NCBI GenBank assembly: GCA_902781765.1
Contig: CACZKQ010000010.1
Location: 1-42,109 of the forward strand
Reading direction: 5' to 3'
DNA length: 42,109 nt
From: an uncultured Elusimicrobium sp.
Lineage (GTDB): Bacteria > Elusimicrobiota > Elusimicrobia > Elusimicrobiales > Elusimicrobiaceae
The position numbers and the translations under genes were made by a program. Shown piece by piece: positions 1 through 9,289 of this stretch. How positions within the stretch are numbered: position 1 is the first letter of the stretch; each line of letters opens with the position of its first letter. The notes below the pieces were generated by a model, which was not told the origin of the DNA, did not search any database, and saw nothing but the letters and a program-made list of their open reading frames with translations.

Positions 1-215
1 GAACTTAACTTATCTAATAGTTTAGAAAGTTCCTCTCCTTGCAGATTGATTTCCTCTAATGCTTTGGTTGTAAAGGGAGAATATTTCTCTTTGCCGGCCT
101 GTGCAAGCATGGCTTCAGCATAACCGGTTATGATGGATAGCGGTGTTTTAAATTTATGAGAAATTAACGATAAGGCTTTTGCGTTTACTTCTCCGGCAAC
201 ATTTTTATTTTCCAT
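1..215 (-). CDS. Histidine kinase N-terminal part (HisKA H-box), runs off the window edge
   Basis: Manual translation from ATG at 215: MENKNVAGEVNAKALSLISHKFKTPLSIITGYAEAML...; SHxxKTPL H-box motif; GGGGA RBS-like sequence upstream. Confidence 0.75.
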   Translation of the reverse strand, partial: MENKNVAGEVNAKALSLISHKFKTPLSIITGYAEAMLAQAGKEKYSPFTTKALEEINLQGEELSKLLDKLS

Positions 216-223
216 AATTCCCC

Positions 224-1102
224 CTAAAAAGTTACATTTACGCGCGCTTGCCAAATATCTCGCCGATTATGATTGTGGGCATCAAGTATGTGGTTATAAG
301 CAAAGTCTAAATTGACTCGTTGCGTAACCGGAAAGGAGTTCCCAACCAAGATAGAATGGTCGGAATTGGAGGTATAGTAATCCGTAAAGTTATATCCCAC
401 ATAGAAAGCAGAATTGCTATCAGCCCATAAGCGTGCCATGCGGACACCTAATGTATAGCGAGCTAATTGGTGAATAATCTCCAAAGATTCTACATTGGCA
501 AGTTCTTGCTGGTCCATCACGCTGCGGATCCCAGCCACCTTGCTGATACCATCGGGATATTGAAAAGCTGTACCCATAAGACGAAAATTAAATGCACGAA
601 ACATAGCCTGCTCAAACCCTAGGGTATACGCGGCTTGGGAGTAGTATTGATTGGAAGCGGTGTTATCTTCTAAGAATAACGTGCCTTTTTGCCTGGCAAA
701 GCTGGCATTCAAAAACGCACGGGTGTAAATGTCATCCACCGTATCATCCCGCAGGGTCAAGATAAGGTCCGTTTTGATACCAAAAGCAGAGGCATCTTGA
801 TAGCCTTCTATATCACTTTTGTTTTTAAAGTAATAAAACGGCCGTACATGGAATTTGAATAAATTAAAATCCAATAAGATAGGAACGGCGACGGAATAAA
901 CAGGTTTTTTAAAAGAACGGTGTTCATTGGCTAACGTGGCCTCTAATCCGGCTTGCAGATTTAGGTTTAAGGCGGCCATGGCGCGAACTTGGGCTTTATC
1001 AAAAGCAGACGAACCCGTATAAGCAGTTTCTACGTTTATAGTACGTGCTTGTAATGTAGCTACTGTAAATAGTAATGCACAAAAAATACTAATTTTTTTC
1101 AT
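224..1102 (-). CDS. Exported protein, probable outer-membrane beta-barrel
   Basis: Signal peptide, alternating beta-strand pattern, C-terminal aromatic residue (..ARVNVTF). Confidence 0.55.
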   Translation of the reverse strand: MKKISIFCALLFTVATLQARTINVETAYTGSSAFDKAQVRAMAALNLNLQAGLEATLANEHRSFKKPVYSVAVPILLDFNLFKFHVRPFYYFKNKSDIEGYQDASAFGIKTDLILTLRDDTVDDIYTRAFLNASFARQKGTLFLEDNTASNQYYSQAAYTLGFEQAMFRAFNFRLMGTAFQYPDGISKVAGIRSVMDQQELANVESLEIIHQLARYTLGVRMARLWADSNSAFYVGYNFTDYYTSNSDHSILVGNSFPVTQRVNLDFAYNHILDAHNHNRRDIWQARVNVTF

Positions 1103-1181
1103 ATACCTTTATTAAACAAAATTTTAATTGTTTTTGTCATGAGTCAGTTTTTACTACAAGATATTTGATAAAATAAAAAAG

Positions 1182-2393
1182 ATGCGGAAAATTTTAATTT
1201 TTACTGTATGTATTTGTATGGCCATTGTGTCGCAAGCTGCTCAGCTGACGCGCGGCCCTTATTTGGAAGATCCCACCCAGACAACATTAGTACTTCGGTG
1301 GCAGACGGATGTTCCTTCTCCGGGTTGGCTGGAGTACGGCCCGGCCCCTCATTGTAATCAAATTATGACGATTACTCCGCAGGCATATAATCATAAAGCC
1401 ATTCTTTATGGTTTAGTTCCAAATCAAGATTTTTGCTATCGGTTATACATACATAATCAAGCGCAAGACGGCGTACAAGAGCCGGTGGAAGGTACGTTTC
1501 GGACGCTGTTTTCGCCGGAACGGAAGATTGTCAATTTTTTAGTTGTCGGTGCCACTGGGGAGCCATTGGCTGTAGATGAGGAGGGAAATCCTTTGCCGGA
1601 TGAAGCCGCCCAAGCCCGGGAAAACCTTGCTACACTCATGCAAACTGAAAAAAGTGATTTTTTGATTCATACGGGAAATTTAACCCATAGTGGACTTAAT
1701 GACGAGGCAAACCAGGAATTTTTTGCTCCTTTTGAACAGGTATTACGTCATAATCCGCTATTTGTTGCCTTAGGCCCTAATGAATACGGCCCTGCAAGAG
1801 CGGACCGGGCCAGCAAATCTTTTTTGGCCACAAATTATACCCGTTACCATACAATGACATGGAGTAATGCCACCCCTAAATATTATTCATTTGATACAGC
1901 CAATGCACGGTTTATATTTTTAGATGCCAATATTGCACAAGGAGCTGTTTGGGGCCCCGAAATCAATGAAAATTCTGCACAAACCAAATGGTTAAAAACT
2001 ACGTTGAGCGGAGCAAGTGAAAAATGGAAAATTGTTGTAGTTAACGCACCGGCTTATTCTTCGGGAGTAAATGGCCCCAATCAAGAAGTGTTTGCAAATT
2101 GGGTGAAAATTTTTGAGGATTATGGAGTTCGTTTGGTTTTGCAAGGAGGAGATGCAAATTACGAGAGGACATTTCCTATGTTTCGCGGGGAAAATAAGCC
2201 ACGCGGTGTAACCTATCTTACCTTAGGGACAGCGGCCGCTAAACCTACCAAAAGAGAACATCCGGATCCTTCTACCGCACGTTTCGTTTCCACACGGCAT
2301 TATGCTTCGGTGCGAATTGTAGACCGTAAGCTTTCTGTTAAAGTCTACAGTGACCGCGGAAAACAATTAGATTCTTTTGATTTGTACTTGTAA
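1182..2393 (+). CDS. Purple-acid-phosphatase-like metallophosphoesterase (FN3-like N-domain) with degenerate metal ligands
   Basis: Signal peptide, RGPYL..W N-domain, YYSFD..NARFIFLD, NYER motifs; canonical metal-binding motifs are substituted. Confidence 0.75.
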   Translation: MRKILIFTVCICMAIVSQAAQLTRGPYLEDPTQTTLVLRWQTDVPSPGWLEYGPAPHCNQIMTITPQAYNHKAILYGLVPNQDFCYRLYIHNQAQDGVQEPVEGTFRTLFSPERKIVNFLVVGATGEPLAVDEEGNPLPDEAAQARENLATLMQTEKSDFLIHTGNLTHSGLNDEANQEFFAPFEQVLRHNPLFVALGPNEYGPARADRASKSFLATNYTRYHTMTWSNATPKYYSFDTANARFIFLDANIAQGAVWGPEINENSAQTKWLKTTLSGASEKWKIVVVNAPAYSSGVNGPNQEVFANWVKIFEDYGVRLVLQGGDANYERTFPMFRGENKPRGVTYLTLGTAAAKPTKREHPDPSTARFVSTRHYASVRIVDRKLSVKVYSDRGKQLDSFDLYL

Positions 2394-2395
2394 AT

Positions 2396-2428
2396 AAAAA
2401 CGGGCCCGGTAAAATACCGGGCCCGTTT
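2396..2428. terminator. Bidirectional intrinsic terminator
   Basis: AAACGGGCCCGGTA / TACCGGGCCCGTTT inverted repeat between convergent genes, with A/T tails. Confidence 0.85.
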
Positions 2429-2440
2429 CTATTAAACTCT

Positions 2441-3010
2441 TTACAACACAATTAAACGAATAGACATAATAATTAAAATAATTCCGGCGGCCAATTCTAC
2501 TTTCTTGCTGGCAATTGTTTTTGAGTTTTGATTTCCTAAATGGAAACCCAGTAAAGTTAACCCGAACGAAAGAATAAATAAAAACACTAGTTGCGGGAAA
2601 CAAGAAGTATCCATAGTTTCCACCGCATAGCCAACCAAAAAGGCATTAAGCCCCATAAGAAAAGATATCTTGAGCAATTTTTTGGTATTATCCACATCTA
2701 CGGTGTTAAAACTGGGGGATTTTTCAATAGATTCCAGCATAAACTTAATTCCCAGTAAAAGTAAAAAAGCAAAAGCTACCCAGTTGTGTGCTAAATACAC
2801 CCAATCCCGGAAGAAAATAATGCTGATTAAATAACCCAACCCAAAGAGCAACGAATTGAAAGTAGCAAAAGAGAGGGCTACCTTAATAGAGAAGACACTT
2901 TTTTGTTCCGGATTCATCTTCATGGCAGACATATTGGCACATACCATATTGTCCACGCAGATACAAATAAAAATAATAATTACCGATATAATGTCCATAG
3001 TAGACCTCAC
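2441..3010 (-). CDS. MntP-family membrane protein (divergent paralogue)
   Basis: About 6 TM helices, xDN motif in TM1, ELAAGIILI C-terminal motif, adjacent to the canonical copy. Confidence 0.7.
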   Translation of the reverse strand: MRSTMDIISVIIIFICICVDNMVCANMSAMKMNPEQKSVFSIKVALSFATFNSLLFGLGYLISIIFFRDWVYLAHNWVAFAFLLLLGIKFMLESIEKSPSFNTVDVDNTKKLLKISFLMGLNAFLVGYAVETMDTSCFPQLVFLFILSFGLTLLGFHLGNQNSKTIASKKVELAAGIILIIMSIRLIVL

Positions 3011-3028
3011 TAATAAGATGCCCTCATT

Positions 3029-3592
3029 CTAGCAAATGCCTAGCCCTTCTAGCAACAATTTTACACCAATTAAAATAAGCAAGAGGCCCCCTATTATTTC
3101 AGCTGCAGTACCCAACTTATGGCCCATCCACGTGCCTATTTTAAAGCCTGCCCAACTAGTTATAAATACACAGCCGACCATCACTTCAACCGTTAACCAA
3201 AACGGGGCTTGGGCAAAAAACATTCCCATGCCAACCATCCAAGCATCTATACTGGTAGCGATTGCTAGTAGTAAGCACATTTTAAAAGAGCGTAAAGTTT
3301 GGGCACTGATGGGTTTATGTTGTTCTTTGGCTTCCTTTAACATGTGTAAACCTATAAAACATAAAATGCCAAATGCAATCCAAGGGTGTATTGCGCGAAT
3401 CCAGGCCCCAATCCCGGTTCCCAATAACCAACCGCCGCTAAACATGACAAAATGAGCCAGTGCAAACAGCATGCTCATTTGTAGAATTGTGAATATTTTT
3501 GGAGTTGGTTTAATGGTCCCTGCCGCCAGCGAAACTGCAAAGTTATCCATAGATAATCCAATTCCAACTAAAAAAATGGATAGTATATTCAT
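3029..3592 (-). CDS. mntP: Manganese efflux pump MntP
   Basis: GLSMDNFAVS and ATSIDA repeats; AEIIGGLLLILIG. Confidence 0.85.
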   Translation of the reverse strand: MNILSIFLVGIGLSMDNFAVSLAAGTIKPTPKIFTILQMSMLFALAHFVMFSGGWLLGTGIGAWIRAIHPWIAFGILCFIGLHMLKEAKEQHKPISAQTLRSFKMCLLLAIATSIDAWMVGMGMFFAQAPFWLTVEVMVGCVFITSWAGFKIGTWMGHKLGTAAEIIGGLLLILIGVKLLLEGLGIC

Positions 3593-3639
3593 CTCAATTT
3601 ATGATAACATTTTTGTATCTTCATTACAGGAATAACAAA

Positions 3640-4866
3640 ATGGAATCACTCAAAGAGCTTTATAAAATTGGAATGGGGCCTTCCAGTAGCCATACTATGG
3701 GGCCACGTAAGGCGGCAGAAGCTTTCAATCTTGCTTATCCGGATGCGGTATCCTTTCGGTGTGTGTTGTACGGTTCTTTGGCGGCGACCGGAAAAGGACA
3801 CTTGACCGATTTTACGGTAAAAGAAGCCTTGTATCCTAAGCCGGTTGAGATAGAATTTGATAACGTTACGCTTATGCACAAACATCCTAATGCGTTGCGT
3901 CTACAGGCGTTGGATCAGGCGGGACATGTTATCGGCGAGCAAGTAGTGTATAGCGTGGGGGGCGGTGCGATTCGTACGGATGAAAATTTTGGCCAAAAAA
4001 TAAATCATATTTATCCGCATAATTCCATGGAAGAAATTTTAGAATATACTTCTGAAAAAAGGATGCTTTTATGGGAATATGTGGAAGAATTTGAAGGCCC
4101 GGGAATTTGGGAGTATTTAAAGACCGTTTGGGCAACTATGCAAGCTACCATTCAGCGCGGTTTGGAGCGCAAAGGTGTATTGCCCGGTTCGTTAAATTTA
4201 GACCGCAAGGCCCGGCGATATTTGCACAAAGCGGAAAATTCGCCGAGGTATGTGCGCCGGATGAATAATTTGTTTGCTTACGCGCTTGCTTGCGCCGAAG
4301 AAAATGCCGCCGGAGGCAAAGTGGTTACAGCTCCCACTTGCGGTTCTTGCGGAGTCGTTCCGGCTGTATGCCGTTTAATTAAAGAAATTTACGAATATGA
4401 AGATGTTACGATTATTCATGCACTTGCTACTGCCAGTTTATTTGGAAATATGGCCAAAGCCAATGCGTCTATTTCCGGGGCGGAAGTAGGGTGCCAAGGA
4501 GAAGTAGGTGTGGCGTGTGCCATGGCGGCAGCTGCAGTGTGTCAGTTGGAAGGAGGGGATAACCGCCGGATTGCGTATGCCGCTGAAATGGGGCTAGAAC
4601 ACCATCTGGGACTTACGTGTGATCCGGTGGATGGGCTGGTGCAAATTCCTTGTATTGAGCGTAATGCGCTAGCAGCTTCACGTGCGTTAGATTGTGCGAC
4701 GTATGCTTTGATGTCTGACGGGGATAACCGCGTTTCTTATGATGATGTGTTAGCCACTATGATGCAAACCGGGTTGGATATGAATAAAGATTACCGCGAA
4801 ACTTCCCGCGGGGGACTTGCCCGGTTTTTCAAGGAAAGATTATTGCGTTTAAAAGAACGAAAATGA
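3640..4866 (+). CDS. sdaA: L-serine ammonia-lyase, Fe-S dependent, single chain
   Basis: IGMGPSSSHTMGP, LYGSLAATGKGH, APTCGSCG, GCQGEVG, LGLTCDP..PCIERN; start taken at MESLK (3640), which has AGGA upstream. Confidence 0.92.
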   Translation: MESLKELYKIGMGPSSSHTMGPRKAAEAFNLAYPDAVSFRCVLYGSLAATGKGHLTDFTVKEALYPKPVEIEFDNVTLMHKHPNALRLQALDQAGHVIGEQVVYSVGGGAIRTDENFGQKINHIYPHNSMEEILEYTSEKRMLLWEYVEEFEGPGIWEYLKTVWATMQATIQRGLERKGVLPGSLNLDRKARRYLHKAENSPRYVRRMNNLFAYALACAEENAAGGKVVTAPTCGSCGVVPAVCRLIKEIYEYEDVTIIHALATASLFGNMAKANASISGAEVGCQGEVGVACAMAAAAVCQLEGGDNRRIAYAAEMGLEHHLGLTCDPVDGLVQIPCIERNALAASRALDCATYALMSDGDNRVSYDDVLATMMQTGLDMNKDYRETSRGGLARFFKERLLRLKERK

Positions 4867-4897
4867 TAAAAGTGGGGAGCAGCGAGTAGTGCGTTGT

Positions 4898-4927
4898 TTG
4901 CAAAGGATCGGTGGAATTTGATAGAAT
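4898..4927 (+). promoter_or_regulatory. Probable sigma70 promoter for tRNA-His
   Basis: TTGCAA-18 nt-TAGAAT with extended -10 TG, 15 nt upstream of the tRNA. Confidence 0.55.
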
Positions 4928-4942
4928 ATAATACCGATTTAT

Positions 4943-5020
4943 GGTGGATGTAGCTCAGCTGGTTAGAGCGCCGGTCTGTGGAACCGGAGGTCGCGGGTTC
5001 AAATCTCGTCATCCACCCCA
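4943..5020 (+). tRNA. tRNA-His(GUG), encoded G-1 and CCA
   Basis: Cloverleaf: GTGGATG/CATCCAC acceptor stem, CCGGT-CTGTGGA-ACCGG anticodon arm, GGTTCAAATC T-loop, 3' CCA. Confidence 0.97.
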
Positions 5021-6553
5021 TATTATATGCTTAGAACTTTTTTGGGAATTTCCCTTAAATTCTAGGCATTTTTTATTTCCAGCCGCAAAAATATTGAAAG
5101 GCTCCCTGTAAATTACCTCTATTTCGTGGTTTCCCAATAGAAAATTAGAACCAATCTTGCATAATATGGTGCGTTTTTCGCTAGGCGGCATACTTTTATA
5201 AATAGCACCTATATTACACACCAACTCCAATACATCTATGCTTTTATGACGGACTTCCTGTGGGTTTATTGTTCTGTTTTGTATTTGTTGTTCTAATTCG
5301 GCTATTTTAATTTTGTGATTTTGCTCTGTTTTGTTCACAAATTCCGGCGAAAAACCTTTTGAAAATCCCTCTTGATATAGCCGTTCTAAGTCATTACGGG
5401 TTTTGGCCAGAGCAGTTTTTAATTTCCCCAGTTCCTTATTTTCTGCCCTTTCTATGTGTTTTAATTTATGCTCTACCGCCTTTTGTAACCACGCGGCTAC
5501 ATCCCCGGAAATAGTGATGTTTTGCAAAATCTGATTAAAAAGCATATCTAGCTCATAATCACGGATATATTCCCCCCTTGAATGATTCCCTTTAGCCCCG
5601 GAACATCTGTAATACATATATTTGCCTTTGGCAGGATTGCCCACAATAGAACAACCACATTTTTGACAATGTAGAAGATTAGAAAAAGGATAATTTTTCT
5701 TTGTTAAATGGGGCCTATGAAAGCGGGAGAGGGCCTGATTGGCCCTCTCGTATAAGTCTTTGGTAATAATGGGTTTTTGTCTCCCTTGGTATATTTTGTC
5801 GCCCCATTTGAACGGCCCATAATATATCGTATTTTTGAGGATTTTATGAATAGTGGCTTTAACAACCTTTTTGCCTTGTTTATTACGGAAACCGTCACTG
5901 TACAACTGGCTGGTTATCATTTCCAACGAATAGGCCCCGGAAGCAGACATTTCAAAGATTTTTTTAATAAATGGAGCACGCACAGGGTCTATATCTATTC
6001 GTTTTGTTAGTTTATTGTTTAAATAACCAACAGGCGCACACGCAGGGAAAATGCCCTGCTCGGCTTTTTCCTGCATTCCCATAGCTGTTTTACGCGAAAT
6101 ATCATTGGATAATTTTTTAGCAACCGCCACTTGAACGTCTATCATAAACTCATCGTCGGGGCTGGACCAACGGCTATAAACTTTATTATCCCGCGAAAAA
6201 TGGATAATCTTATCATAATCTTTAACCAACTCAGCGATTTTGATTTTATCCATATCATTACGAGTCATACGGTCCAATACATCAAAAATCACGTGTTGAA
6301 CTTCCGAATGCTTCTTCACAAACGATAACATTGCAGAAAAATTAGCACGTTCTTCCCTACCCCAAGCGGATTCTGCCCCTTTCCATATTTTGACAACCTC
6401 TAATCCTTGTTTAGCGGCATACTCTAGGGCCATTTTTTCTTGCGCATCTAGTGAATAACCGTGTTCTTCTTGGCCTTTACTAGATACACGTAAATAAATT
6501 ACTGCTTTTTTACTAGTTACATTGTGTTTCATTTGCTTTTTATTCTTATTCAT
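5009..6553 (-). CDS. Large serine recombinase (integrase A)
   Basis: YLRVSS catalytic Ser, DRMTRN, recombinase domain (APVGY), Zn ribbon CQKCG..YYRC, coiled coil; ends WGG* with the stop inside the antisense tRNA. Confidence 0.95.
   Translation of the reverse strand: MNKNKKQMKHNVTSKKAVIYLRVSSKGQEEHGYSLDAQEKMALEYAAKQGLEVVKIWKGAESAWGREERANFSAMLSFVKKHSEVQHVIFDVLDRMTRNDMDKIKIAELVKDYDKIIHFSRDNKVYSRWSSPDDEFMIDVQVAVAKKLSNDISRKTAMGMQEKAEQGIFPACAPVGYLNNKLTKRIDIDPVRAPFIKKIFEMSASGAYSLEMITSQLYSDGFRNKQGKKVVKATIHKILKNTIYYGPFKWGDKIYQGRQKPIITKDLYERANQALSRFHRPHLTKKNYPFSNLLHCQKCGCSIVGNPAKGKYMYYRCSGAKGNHSRGEYIRDYELDMLFNQILQNITISGDVAAWLQKAVEHKLKHIERAENKELGKLKTALAKTRNDLERLYQEGFSKGFSPEFVNKTEQNHKIKIAELEQQIQNRTINPQEVRHKSIDVLELVCNIGAIYKSMPPSEKRTILCKIGSNFLLGNHEIEVIYREPFNIFAAGNKKCLEFKGNSQKSSKHIIWGG
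5015..5023. repeat. att core 1 (ACCCCATAT), tRNA / element A junction
   Basis: Overlaps the tRNA CCA; the same core recurs at 12335, 21232 and 22536. Confidence 0.85.
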
Positions 6554-6569
6554 TGCGAATACCTCTCAA

Positions 6570-6776
6570 TTAATTTATGGCAACCCCTTGTTGTTTGTTC
6601 CATTTGTTTAAAAACAGGACAAAATCAACCATTCTGTCTATCATAGCAAGGCATTCTTCCCGCGTTACTTTGTAACCCAGTAGCGTGCTTAGAAATTCTT
6701 GGCTTTCTGCCAAGAACTCTTTTGAGTACGCTTCTTTTGCCCCTGAAGCTAAAATAGGGAATTTGGTGTCTACCAT
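6570..6776 (-). CDS. Small helical protein directly upstream of the integrase
   Basis: 68 aa, GGGGA RBS; aligns by eye with 15241-15474. Confidence 0.7.
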   Translation of the reverse strand: MVDTKFPILASGAKEAYSKEFLAESQEFLSTLLGYKVTREECLAMIDRMVDFVLFLNKWNKQQGVAIN

Positions 6777-6832
6777 ATCCCCATTTTAGTGATTAAAAAC
6801 CTGCCTGTTTAGAAACAGAATGTCGTCAACTT

Positions 6833-7651
6833 TTAGTCTCTTGTTTTTAAGGCAAACATCTTTTTAATTCGTGGCAGGGCCCTCCTATACCTAATTCTCA
6901 TATTCTCAAATTTATCGTTATACAAATCGTGAATTTTATCAAATATTTCCGAATGAGAATATCCGGCTTTTTTTAATTCTAATTGTTTAACGGTTCGCGC
7001 ATCCAGAACATACTTATTCCTATCCACTCGCTTGGGTAGATTGTTTTTAATAAAGGATTCCATTTCTTTATAATGTTTCCTAACATACTCAATAATTTGG
7101 TTTTTAGAAACATAATTATAGATATTGATAGATATAGGTACATACGGACTATTCATCACATCGGAAAAATTAGAATTTACATAGGGTCGCCAACTAATTT
7201 CTTCATCCTGCACAGGGACAACAAACCCATATAGCACCAAAAGCTCACGATTAGTATATCCTCCGGCTCCCATTTTCAAATAATATATTTCTTGAATACG
7301 CATTCGTTTTTCAAAATACCAAAATTCAAGCAAAGGCTCTTGGTATTCAGGGTCAACGACCTCATCATCCGTTCTAAGGTTATAACTTTCTTGATATTTC
7401 TCACAAAATCGCTTAAAAGGAAGCCCTTTCTTTGGTATTTTAAGATAGGCACGTGATTCTTCAAAATATCGCTCAAAATCTTGATTATATTGAAGGCCTT
7501 GTATGGTATAAAAAGTATCTTCTGTAGCAACGCAATAATTAGAGTCCTTTCTATATTCTTTTAGTTCTTCATTTGTATAACATATTCTTGCAGGCTCCCA
7601 TAACCAAGCATTGTTTTTAACTCGTTTCATCACTACAAAACCAATTTTCAT
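6833..7651 (-). CDS. Hypothetical protein with possible C-terminal HTH
   Basis: GGAGG RBS; C-terminus ELKKAGYSHSEI...RIRYRRA resembles an HTH. Confidence 0.6.
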   Translation of the reverse strand: MKIGFVVMKRVKNNAWLWEPARICYTNEELKEYRKDSNYCVATEDTFYTIQGLQYNQDFERYFEESRAYLKIPKKGLPFKRFCEKYQESYNLRTDDEVVDPEYQEPLLEFWYFEKRMRIQEIYYLKMGAGGYTNRELLVLYGFVVPVQDEEISWRPYVNSNFSDVMNSPYVPISINIYNYVSKNQIIEYVRKHYKEMESFIKNNLPKRVDRNKYVLDARTVKQLELKKAGYSHSEIFDKIHDLYNDKFENMRIRYRRALPRIKKMFALKTRD

Positions 7652-7701
7652 AATGGCCTCCCGTTTATTAGAATTTCTAAACTCATTCTAACAAAGTAAG
7701 A

Positions 7702-7721
7702 GGCCGCTTTTAAGAGCGGCC
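7702..7721 (-). terminator. Probable intrinsic terminator
   Basis: GGCCGCT..AGCGGCC hairpin followed by a T-rich tract on the minus strand, just after the 7730 stop. Confidence 0.55.
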
Positions 7722-7729
7722 CCTATAAC

Positions 7730-8278
7730 TCATTGTCCTAATGTTAAAACATATCCTATTGCATTTAATATAGTTTTAAATATTCCCTTTTTTTTAGGTT
7801 TCTGAGTTTGATTATCGGTCATTTCTGTTGATTGGGTTGTTTCTGCGGCTTTTGGTGCACCGGCCGTAGAGGAATCATTATTCGTTGTGACCTTTTCAGT
7901 CGCAGTTTTTGTGGAAGTTTGTGTATTATCATCTTTTGCTTTTACTGGTAATTGTTGATAACGCTCGTCCCATTCTTCCCAAGCTGTTTTCTTCCTCTGG
8001 GAATTGAGTTCTTCTATAGATACATCTTTAAGATACTTCATATGGTCGTCATCCTGTTCTAATTGTTTTTCCAAATACTCGTTCATTTCCTCTTGTGTAC
8101 GACAAGTTTCGTGTCCGGCCGATTCCGATATACAATAATAAACCGTTTTCCCTATCGTCCGAGTAGTAGCACCCGTTATATGCCAATTTCCTTGCTCATC
8201 CTTTGAGGCACTATACCCCCACGCAAACGACACAGTACTGCACAATAAAAGCCCTACTAATAAACTAAGTTGTTTCAT
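7730..8278 (-). CDS. Exported hypothetical protein with Thr/Lys-rich low-complexity linker
   Basis: Signal peptide ending SFA; overlaps the upstream stop (translational coupling); GGAGG RBS. Confidence 0.65.
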   Translation of the reverse strand: MKQLSLLVGLLLCSTVSFAWGYSASKDEQGNWHITGATTRTIGKTVYYCISESAGHETCRTQEEMNEYLEKQLEQDDDHMKYLKDVSIEELNSQRKKTAWEEWDERYQQLPVKAKDDNTQTSTKTATEKVTTNNDSSTAGAPKAAETTQSTEMTDNQTQKPKKKGIFKTILNAIGYVLTLGQ

Positions 8279-9081
8279 TTTGTTTCCTCCGTATTTTGTG
8301 TGATTAAATTGCTATTTTCATCCTCTTTTTTGACGGCTACCACCCGAATTTCGGGTTTTTCCGGCTTATTTTTCCTCGTAGGAGTGCGAAAACCTCGCAA
8401 ATTTTCGGGCAATTTCGGGGCTAATTTGCGAATTTCTGCCTCAACCGTAGCCGAATCCACCCGAACCCCGGTTTTTCGCCTTAAAACGGCGATTATCGCT
8501 TTTAACACCTCGTCGCTAAGCATAGCGCGGGCTATATTTTCAGGGTTCAAAGCTAATTTTTCATCTAAAAGTTGCTCTTTTAAGTGTTTAGAAAGAGCCT
8601 CGCGGCATAAAGGGAGCAATAATTCCCGGTGTGAGGCTTGACGGTGACTAAGTTCTAAAACATCAAATTCCCAAACAAGAGTAGCGGTGACAGGCTGGGC
8701 TTTAATATCTACATAAAACAACTGCCAGTAAGCCCCATTTGTAAGAATGCCCCAAGGAACATTTAACGTGGCACAATATTCAATTACCTGCCGCAAATGT
8801 TTGGAAAATTCCTTTTTAGGCGTTCCTATGCGCTTACATTCAAAGACATAAAAGACTTTTTTATCATCTTTAATAACCGCGTCACAGGAACGACCGTTGT
8901 TATTTCCGTATTGACCGAAAACGTGTTCTAAGTCATAGCCGAAAATATCACACAACATATCCATAGCCACTTTTTCGGTCGGAGGCTCTTTGGCGTTTAA
9001 TTCTTGTAAACGCAAGAGCTGATTTTGATACTTCTTTAAGTTTTCTTTAATACGGGTATCTACCCGGACTCCTAGGTTCAT
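8275..9081 (-). CDS. Stand-alone HsdR_N-type PD-(D/E)xK endonuclease domain protein
   Basis: E..T, FGYD, D..ECK, QVIEYC, WGILTNG..WQLF motifs. Confidence 0.8.
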   Translation of the reverse strand: MNLGVRVDTRIKENLKKYQNQLLRLQELNAKEPPTEKVAMDMLCDIFGYDLEHVFGQYGNNNGRSCDAVIKDDKKVFYVFECKRIGTPKKEFSKHLRQVIEYCATLNVPWGILTNGAYWQLFYVDIKAQPVTATLVWEFDVLELSHRQASHRELLLPLCREALSKHLKEQLLDEKLALNPENIARAMLSDEVLKAIIAVLRRKTGVRVDSATVEAEIRKLAPKLPENLRGFRTPTRKNKPEKPEIRVVAVKKEDENSNLITQNTEETK

Positions 9082-9166
9082 TATATAACTCCTGACTTTG
9101 TAGTGTTAAAATTGGGAATATGAGAAACGCACTAGGATATAAAAATAGCGGCTGCCACCTTTGAGC

Positions 9167-9289
9167 CAATGAGACTAACCCAAATATAACAGCCGCGGTC
9201 TCCCCGCCCCATTGGGACAGGGAAACTCTCGGTACACGCGAGCCGTCGCCTTTGTGTACCTAAATTCGGCTGTTTTTGGAGTCTCATTG
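9167..9289. other. GC-rich nested inverted-repeat structure (candidate ncRNA or single-strand origin)
   Basis: CAATGAGACT/AGTCTCATTG, CCAAA/TTTGG, AACAGCCG/CGGCTGTT, GGTACAC/GTGTACC nested pairs. Confidence 0.55.

Noticed and set aside
4791-5021. 76-aa minus-strand ORF
   Set aside because: Antisense shadow of tRNA-His and the end of sdaA.
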